Below are positions 57,096 to 64,000 of a stretch of 64,000 bases of DNA, one piece after another. Each line of letters begins with the position of its first letter. Positions within the stretch are counted from its first letter, which is position 1. The notes below the pieces were generated by a model. It did no database searches, was not told where the DNA came from, and saw only the letters and a list, made by a program, of their open reading frames with translations. The DNA lies in contig CAWEHK010000021.1 in assembly GCA_963808625.1 (NCBI GenBank), forward strand, positions 105,511 through 169,510. The letters are read 5' to 3'. The position numbers and the translations under genes were made by a program. The stretch is from an uncultured delta proteobacterium. Its GTDB lineage: Bacteria > Desulfobacterota > Syntrophobacteria > Syntrophobacterales > Syntrophobacteraceae.

Positions 57096-58568
57096 ATGAA
57101 AAGAAAGGCAGCGTGCAGACCGTGTCTGATCGGTTTCCTCATTCTGCTCATGGCGGCCCCCCCGGAGCCTTCGGGCAGGCTTCCGGGACCGCCGGGACTT
57201 TCAGCCAGGAGGAATTGGATCAGATGCTGGCGCCTATCGCCTTGTACCCTGATTCTCTGCTGGCTAACCTCTTGGTGGCGGCGACCTATCCTCTCGAAGT
57301 GGTGGAAGCAGAGCGTTGGGTAAAGGCCAACCAGAACCTCAAGGGAGACCAACTCAACGACGCCCTCGACAAAACCACCTGGGACCTCAGTGTGAAAGCA
57401 CTGGTGCCCTTTCCCACGTCCTTGCCATGATGAGTGAAAAACTGGACTGGACGCAGAAACTGGGTGATGCTTTCCTGGCTCAGCAAGCGGACGTCATGGA
57501 CACCATCCAGAAACTGCGCGGCAAGGCGCGGGATCAGGGCAACCTCCAGGATACTCCGGAGCAGAAGGTCATCGTTCAGGGAGATGCGATCGAGATCCAA
57601 CCCGCCAACCCTTCGGTCATCTACGTGCCGACCTATAACCCGACCGTGGTCTATGGGCTCGTGGTGGTATCCGTCGTACCCTCCCTACTATTACCACCCG
57701 GTGGGGGCAACGGTTGCCGCCGGAGTGCTTGGTTTTGCCTCGGGGGTTGCGGTTGGGGCGGCCTGGAACTCGGGTTGGGGAAGATGGAACTGGGGTGGGC
57801 GTGACATGAACGTCAATGTCAACCGCAACGTCAACATCAATCGCAACAATCTCAATGTATCCAATTTTCAGAGTTCAAAGTGGCAGCATGATTCCACGCA
57901 TCGGAAAGGGGTCGCCTATCGCGACCAGGCCACCCGGGACCGCTTCGGTCAGAAGGGGGTAGGTTCTGCGGATGCCAGGCGCGATTTTCGAGGGCATTCC
58001 CAGGATGGCAAAGGCAGGGGGCAGGGAGATCTTGGCCGACCGGGCGGGGGGCAACTTGCCGACCGACGTCCTTCAGAGAGACCCGGGGCAGGGGCCGGTA
58101 GCCGACCCGATGCGGCGTCAACCCGGCAAGCCCTTAAGTCTCAGAGGCCCGAAGGGGGAGCCGGGAACAAACTCGGTGGTGGTGACTCTCCCCTGAAAGG
58201 ATCCGGTGCTGGGAAAGCCCGCATGGAAGGCGGAGCGCGACCCGGCAAAGAGGCGTCCCTCAAAGGCGGCAGGGAGCGTCCGGGCGGAGGAGGTGGCGCT
58301 TTTCAAGGGATGGGAAGTGGCCCAGAAACCAAAAGGGTCGCTGATCGTGGTCATGCGAGCCGTCAGCAGTCTGCCGCGTCGGTGCGCGGCCAGGGCGGCG
58401 GTGGCAATCGTGCTGCCGTGAGTGGCGGCGGAGGCCGTGCCGGAGGTGGCGGGGGCCATGCCGTTAGCGGAGGCCGTGCGGGGGGTGGTGGAGGCCATGC
58501 CCGTGGCGGTGGCGGGCGGAGGCGGAGGTCGTGGCGGCGGAGGTGGCGGCGGAGGGCGCCGCCGCTAG
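57096..58568 (+). CDS. DUF3300 protein with Gly/Arg-rich tail (several indels)
   Basis: LDQMLAPIALYPD.LL, WDLSVKAL, WTQKLGDAFL, YVPTYNP, WQH...HR.GV.Y. Confidence 0.88.
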
Positions 58569-58657
58569 CGACAAGCCGGTTTTTTGAGCGGGCTCGCTGA
58601 TCGCGCCCGGGAATGGGAACGCCCTTGAAATATCCTGGTTTGAAGGAGGTGTGGACC

Positions 58658-59674
58658 ATGTTTCTATCGCTACGACAGATGGTGAACCATTCGATGTTGC
58701 GTTTTGCATTGGCCGCCTTGATTGCCATCCCCCTGACCTTGACTGCCTTCTGCCTTGACGTCTTCGCGGTGGAGAAGGCGAAAAAAAGTGTTCAGGAGAC
58801 CTTCGCTTCTCCGGAAGAAGCCGCCAAAGTCCTGGGGGCAGCGATAAGTGCCGATGATGTGAACCGCTTGCTGGCCATTTTAGGACCTGGAGGCGCGCCG
58901 CTGATTTCCTCCGGCGATGACGTTGCCGATCGCGAGGGACGCGAAAAATTTTCCCGCATGTACGAGGAAAAGAACGCGGTCGTGAGGGAAGGCGAAAATA
59001 AGGCCGTTCTCGAGGTGGGAAACGACGCCTGGCCGCTCCCGATACCCGTGGTAAAGGAAGGGGAAAAGTGGCGTTTCGATACGCGGCAGGGTGCAGAGGA
59101 AATCATTGACCGACGCATTGGAAGAAACGAATTGAGTGCCATCCAGGTCTGCCTGGCTTTCGTTGACGCTCAGCGGGAGTATGCGATCAAAGATCGGGAT
59201 GGCGACGGCCTGCTCGAGTATGCTCAGAGGTTTATCAGTGAACCGGGAAAGAAAAACGGTCTCTACTGGGCATCGCAGGACGGGGAGGAGGCGAGTCCCT
59301 TCGGGCCGTTGGCCGCCCAGGCTGTGAAGGAAGGCTACACCGGAAAGAAGTCAGGAGCGAAGCCGTCTCCTTACCACGGTTATTTTTACAAAATCCTGAA
59401 GGCTCAGGGCAAGAATGCCCCCGGCGGGGCTTACAGCTACGTGGTCAAAGACAAAATGATCGGAGGCTTTGCTCTGGTTGCCTACCCGGCCGGTTATGGA
59501 ACATCAGGAATTATGACCTTTATCGTGAACCATGACGGGACGGTCTATGAAAAGGACCTTGGCAAGAACACCGAAGCCGTTGGTCAGGCCATGACCGGTT
59601 TCGACCCTGATGACACGTGGCGGAAACTGGAGAGCAAAGACCTGGAGGTCCTGTCGCCAGGCAGTGGAACCTAG
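58658..59674 (+). CDS. DUF2950 protein
   Basis: FASPEEAA, WPLPIP, RRIGRNE, GLYW, PYHGY, YEKDLG; usual partner of DUF3300. Confidence 0.9.
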   Translation: MFLSLRQMVNHSMLRFALAALIAIPLTLTAFCLDVFAVEKAKKSVQETFASPEEAAKVLGAAISADDVNRLLAILGPGGAPLISSGDDVADREGREKFSRMYEEKNAVVREGENKAVLEVGNDAWPLPIPVVKEGEKWRFDTRQGAEEIIDRRIGRNELSAIQVCLAFVDAQREYAIKDRDGDGLLEYAQRFISEPGKKNGLYWASQDGEEASPFGPLAAQAVKEGYTGKKSGAKPSPYHGYFYKILKAQGKNAPGGAYSYVVKDKMIGGFALVAYPAGYGTSGIMTFIVNHDGTVYEKDLGKNTEAVGQAMTGFDPDDTWRKLESKDLEVLSPGSGT

Positions 59675-59822
59675 ACCGAGAGGTGAGTGCCTGTGAATGG
59701 CCGGTCGCGAAACGGTCCAAAACACCGGCAGAATCGTGAAGGGTGAAATTCCCCCATGCGTCGTTTGGTAAAGGGAGGTGGGGGATTTAAGGTCAATCCA
59801 ACTTTAAAGGAGGAGTAACGGT

Positions 59823-60206
59823 ATGAAACGAAAGGTAATTTTACTGGTGCTTGTGGCCGTATTGGCGTTGCCCGGCCTGGCAAGAGCGGTGACGGAAGAG
59901 GAATTCAAAGTCAAGACCACCCAGGATCTCATCAAATTGTGTACGGTTTCCGCCGACGATCCGCATCGCGACAAAGCCATCCACTTCTGCCACGGCTACC
60001 TCGTCGGGGCTTACGACTACCATGTAGCCGAGAACTCCGGGCCTGGCGGCAAAATGGGATTCTGTTTTCCCGATCCTCCACCAACGCGCAACACCGCAAT
60101 CAGCATGTTTGTCGAGTGGGCCAAGGCCCATCCGCAGTACCTGGGCGAAAAACCCGTGGAGACGGAGTTTCGGTTTCTGGCCGAGACTTGGCCGTGCAAG
60201 AAATAA
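59823..60206 (+). CDS. Rap1a-like secreted immunity-family protein
   Basis: Signal peptide, DLIKLC, FCHGYLVG, FC.P, W...HP, terminal WPC. Confidence 0.78.
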   Translation: MKRKVILLVLVAVLALPGLARAVTEEEFKVKTTQDLIKLCTVSADDPHRDKAIHFCHGYLVGAYDYHVAENSGPGGKMGFCFPDPPPTRNTAISMFVEWAKAHPQYLGEKPVETEFRFLAETWPCKK

Positions 60207-60233
60207 CCTGGAGCATGAGATAAGGAGCGAACC

Positions 60234-60506
60234 ATGATGAAGATCATGATGATAGCGATTTTAGTATTCAGCCTCGCGCTTGCTGGATGCGCGGGGATGT
60301 CGCAAACCGAACAGCGGACTCTGAGTGGTGGTGCCATGGGGGCCGCCGGAGGTGCCATAATTGGGGCCATGGCCGGCAATGCAGGTCTCGGAGCAGTCAT
60401 TGGCGGTGCTGCCGGGGCGGGTGGAGGTTTTCTCTACGGCAGGCATCAAGAAGCGGTGCAGGCGGCCCACCAGCAAGGCTACCAGCAGGGCCGACAGGGC
60501 AACTAA
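60234..60506 (+). CDS. Glycine-zipper lipoprotein
   Basis: LAGC lipobox, GAAGGAIIG...GAVIGGAAG. Confidence 0.88.
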   Translation: MMKIMMIAILVFSLALAGCAGMSQTEQRTLSGGAMGAAGGAIIGAMAGNAGLGAVIGGAAGAGGGFLYGRHQEAVQAAHQQGYQQGRQGN

Positions 60507-60541
60507 TAAAGATACACAAGAATTAGTGTGCGGATTAGATC

Positions 60542-60600
60542 GTCATTCCGGCGAAAGCCGTTATCCAGGCAGAGTTCTGGATTCCGGTTTTCACCGGAAT
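60542..60600. repeat. GTCA-type REP doublet
   Basis: gtcattccggcgaaagccgttatcc ... ggattccggttttcaccggaat. Confidence 0.75.
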
Positions 60601-60642
60601 CTTCCATGCAATGGACTTGCGCCCCGTTCAATGGCAGTGAAA

Positions 60643-60658
60643 TTGGCATACAACTTGC
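60643..60658 (+). promoter_or_regulatory. Candidate sigma-54 -24/-12 promoter
   Basis: TTGGCATACAACTTGC (GG-N10-GC) about 70 bp upstream of 60731. Confidence 0.5.
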
Positions 60659-60730
60659 CAAAAACATAGAATCTATAATTACTCTTTTCAGCCCTTAATC
60701 CAAAGTCTATTAAATCTTCGAGACTAACTC

Positions 60731-60970
60731 ATGGATATCCAAAGTCTGCTTATTTTTCTGGCAATCGGCGCCGTCGCCGGCTGGCTCGCCGGGCAGTTCA
60801 TGCGCGGCGGCGGCTTCGGCCTGCTGGGCAACATCGTCGTCGGCATCGTCGGCGGGTTCCTGTTCGGCCTGCTGGGCATCGCCGCCGGTGGGCTGCTTGG
60901 CTCCCTGATCACGGCCGTCGTTGGCGCCGTGGTGCTGCTCTTTGTCGTGGGTTTGATCAAGCGGGCCTGA
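60731..60970 (+). CDS. GlsB/YeaQ/YmgE stress-response membrane protein
   Basis: IGAVAGWLA, GLLGNIVVGIVG, AVVGAVVLL. Confidence 0.92.
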   Translation: MDIQSLLIFLAIGAVAGWLAGQFMRGGGFGLLGNIVVGIVGGFLFGLLGIAAGGLLGSLITAVVGAVVLLFVVGLIKRA

Positions 60971-61079
60971 GCTGGTTCTCATCCGGAAAGTGGAGCCTTG
61001 TTCAGTAGGAGGGGCTTCCAGCCCCGATCTCGGCTGGAAGCCCCTCCTGCAAAATGGGGTTTCCGGATGGACACGAGCT
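60970..61079. mobile_element. MITE-like shell enclosing a REP doublet (copy 3)
   Basis: Near-identical to 32250-32359; abuts the stop codon of the upstream gene. Confidence 0.88.
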
Positions 61080-61171
61080 ACCAAAAAACAAACCGATTAG
61101 CGCTATTGTTCAGCCAGATGAAGCCAAGGTTGGTTTATGCCGAAACATGCCGAAGCAAAACTCCTCAACCT

Positions 61172-61255
61172 GTCATTCCCGCAGGGTTTTTAAGCGGGAA
61201 TCCAACTTTCAAAGGGTCAAAACGTGGATTCCCGACAGAAGCTTCCGGGAATGAC
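61172..61255. repeat. GTCA-type REP doublet
   Basis: gtcattcccgc...gcgggaatcc ... ggattcccg...cgggaatgac. Confidence 0.8.
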
Positions 61256-61397
61256 GGTTGATTACATGCATGGCTGAAGGTCGACGCCAATCGGGAAAAA
61301 CAATGGCTTACAGGGTGGGTTGAGGAACGAAACCCAGCGATCCGAGGCGAAACCAACCAGGGGATCTGAAGGGTTATGTCTATATGAGGACTGAATC

Positions 61398-62606
61398 ATG
61401 ATCACCAAGCTTGCCCGAGCAACGAAAACGGTTGTTTTCTGTTTGTCCCTGCTGACGTTGTGCTTCGCTCAGACGGCGCCAGGCTGTGGCCCGCCGTCAG
61501 CGATCAGAGAGGCGGCTCCCGAGGAAATCCGTACCTTCTTCAAAGGCAAGGGACTGCAAGTGCTGACCTTTCTGGGTTATTCCGGCGCCGGGTACGAGAA
61601 TATGGAGTTGATGATTGAACAGGCCACGCGGATTCTCGAGCAGTTTGATCCCGAAAAGACCATGGTGAACATTGGCGCCACGCCCGAAGGGATTGGCGCC
61701 GTCTATGAGGTGGCGAAGCGCAAAGGTTTCACCACCGCAGGCATCGTCTCGACCCAGGCGAAGGCCGCCAATGTCACCCGTCTCCCTGCGTTGACATCGT
61801 GTTCTACGTGCGCGACACCACCTGGGGCGGGTTCCTTCCCGGCACCGAAACCCTGTCCCCTACCTCGACAGCAATGGTGGAAAACAGTGATGTGGTGATC
61901 GCGATTGGCGGCGGCGAAGTGGCCAGGGACGAGCTGACGGCGGCAAAGCGCTCGGGCAAACGGGTGCAGTTCATCCCCGCCGACATGAATCACCGGATAG
62001 CGCTGGAGAAGGCCCTGAAGAAAGGGCAACCCGCGCCCACCGACTTCCGGGGGGCGGCGGCGACCGCTGCCCTGGCGGCCCAGCCCGGTTTTGACTGTGC
62101 CAAGACCGACGGCGCCGTCGAGGCACTGATCTGCAGGGACGCCGAACTCGCGGCGCTCGACCGTAAACTGGCGGAGGTCTACGAGGCGGCCATGAAGCGG
62201 GTAACCCAGGAGAGGTACGAGGACCCGAGTCCCCTTCAGCGCGCCTGGGTCAAGCGCCGCAACGATTGTGGTAAAGCAGACGACGTGCGCGGGTGCGTGA
62301 GCACCGAGTACCGACGCCGGATCGCGGAGCTGCAGATCCAGTACGGCCACTTGATGGCGCCGTCGCCGGTTTCCTACCACTGCGGCGATATGACCCTCAC
62401 CGCCGTCTTCTACCGGGAAACGAACCCGCCGGCGGTGGTGCTGACGCCGATGGGGCGGCACGAGGGCGCCGATCAGGCCATCGCCTTCCTCGAGCCCCTC
62501 CGGCAGCGGAGCCAGATACGAGGGCGGCAACGTCATGTTCTGGGAGCGCCATGGCGCGGCGCGGCTGACCTGGTTCGGCCAGGAAGTTGCCTGCCGAGTC
62601 CGCTGA
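61398..62606 (+). CDS. Secreted SLOG-like domain joined to LprI-like and MliC-like domains (two indels)
   Basis: GATPEGIG, SDVVIAIGGG...EL; then FDCAK...ICRD.ELAALD, QRAW...RN.C; shifted SGSGARY...FW. Confidence 0.68.
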
Positions 62607-62984
62607 AGTGCCATTTCTTCCCGGGTCTCTTCGAAGCTCTCGATATCCTGGGGGACCACTTTGGCTTCGCCATTCTGAGTTTAGGATCAACCGCTCCCCG
62701 CTGCTTGTACCGAGCCCTGACTATTTCCGCAGCATGGGCCTTCAATCAACTTGAAAAAATTCAAAAGCTTCAATTTCACGCGGAGACACAGCGCGGGGTG
62801 GCCGCAACCAAAATTGGGTCGGGATACTAACGATACCAACAGGTTCTAAAGAAAATCTTGTCAAAAAAACAAGAAACTCGGCATTAGTATCACTGGGGTA
62901 CTTGTGCCTCAACGGGCGATCCGGTTAACTCTGTCCAAAAAGGGTGTTACATAAACTCACTGGATATTGGGATGACCGGTAAAG

Positions 62985-63275
62985 TCAACTCCTCTGGCGG
63001 AGCGAACGGAAGAGGGCCCGGGCGGATAAGACGGCGAGGGCCGGCCAGATCACAAGAAGGTCGACCCGGATATTCGCCTCCGGGGTCCGGACCTGGACCG
63101 CCCACTCCCAGAAAGCTAGAGCGCCCACGTGACGGCGGCTGCGAGGAGCGGTCCGGGGACGGCGGCTCGCGCCGAGGGCCGTGAACCGCAGGGCGAGGTG
63201 CCCCACCAGGAAGAGGGCGGCCACCGCCAGGATGCTGAGCGGTTTTGCCACCAAGAGCGAGGCGAGGAACTCCAT
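62985..63275 (-). CDS. Small membrane protein (probable indel)
   Basis: Hydrophobic segments and ANIRVDLLVIWP. Confidence 0.55.
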   Translation of the reverse strand: MEFLASLLVAKPLSILAVAALFLVGHLALRFTALGASRRPRTAPRSRRHVGALAFWEWAVQVRTPEANIRVDLLVIWPALAVLSARALFRSLRQRS

Positions 63276-63479
63276 CGTGATTCTCCTGAGCCTTGGATGT
63301 CCGCCGCCGAGGACAACGGCGTTCGGGACCTCGTATCGTTCGTTGCCGATGCGAATCAAATTCAGGTCCCCCTCGCGCGTGGCCCTGAACTTGCCCGGGT
63401 ACGCCTCGCTGGTGTCGGCGCCGGTAACCTAACGGCGTGCATTCCTGCTCCTTTTCGGGGCGCTTCGCTTCTTCGCCGC

Positions 63480-63758
63480 CTATCTTCCCTTCAGACAGGA
63501 CTTCAAATCACGATAAAAATTTTCATGTGGATTCCTCATAATCGTACAATCTTCTCCAAGCATGCGATAGGACAACAAATACAAGGTGCTCTGAATCTTG
63601 CGTTTTATGGACGAAGACCCCCCTCAAGTCGCCTTTTTTCTCCCGAGGCGATCGATCGATCCTGGATAATCTTCCTGATTTCATTGTCTAATTCCAACTT
63701 TTGCTGCTTTAAATTTCTTGACGGTCTTGGCGAAGGAATGGGATTGAAAGACTCTCAT
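63480..63758 (-). pseudogene. RelE/ParE-like toxin, multiply frameshifted
   Basis: Hand translation: MRVFQSHSFAKTVKK...LDNEIRKI...KKGDL.GVFVHK...LLSY...PHENFYRDLK. Confidence 0.72.
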
Positions 63759-63766
63759 TGTGACCT

Positions 63767-63986
63767 TCAGTCAAATTCATACGGTGATTTTTCGCCCTGA
63801 TCGAGCTCCGCAAGCCCAATCAAAATCTCTTTGATGAGATCGTAGGTGAGGTCCGGGTTTTCCTCCGCGCACTTCCCAACCCTCGCCCAATGCTCGATCT
63901 GGCCTGTCAATGAGCGGTGGTCGATTTTACTGAATTTCTTGGCTTCATTGAGCAATTCCGTCTGAAATCCTTACTGCGGTCGGCAT
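63767..63986 (-). CDS. ParD-like antitoxin (indel near 63955)
   Basis: MPTAVRIS...RSLTGQIEHWARVGKCAEENPDL. Confidence 0.85.
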
Positions 63987-64000
63987 CTTGCACCCTCCGT

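Noticed and set aside
58500..58600. Arg/Trp-rich tail RRRRSWRRRWRRR on the DUF3300 protein
   Set aside because: A one-base shift restores GGGGGRGGGGGGGRRR* ending at 58568, in line with the preceding Gly-rich tail.
63421..63440. GTTAGGT on the minus strand as an integron attC core (also GCCTAAC near 31816)
   Set aside because: No complementary partner box or long imperfect hairpin, and no integrase.

Overview
Chromosomal window of a GC-rich bacterium, most consistent with a Syntrophobacter-like Desulfobacterota (inference from gene content and order). The backbone is housekeeping: greA, rpsT, holA-lptE-leuS, sodB, an aroF-trpEGDCFBA operon with a Trp leader peptide and attenuator, carboxynorspermidine genes, miaA-mutL, mreB, moaA, recD2, rpoH and hisC-cmk-rpsA-sppA. 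Accessory islets hold a pair of unknown secreted Cys-rich paralogs, NYN + AbiE, a decayed BREX-3/TA/IS91 patchwork, an envelope-protein cluster and a ParD/ParE-like remnant. About 18 genes, including core ones, carry single-base indels that look like long-read sequencing error, so they are called as CDS with a note. The most unusual signal is non-coding. Intergenic space is saturated with 7-mer tandem arrays, 9/10-mer CACGAAG palindromes, several REP families and MITE-like shells. The CACGAAG palindrome occurs twice 'empty' (~75 bp) and once with its two arms bracketing a 3.25 kb cargo of defence-gene fragments, several of whose breakpoints sit at other repeats. The trp attenuator has two tandem terminators that can be switched off in a domino fashion. 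I found no rRNA, tRNA or CRISPR array.
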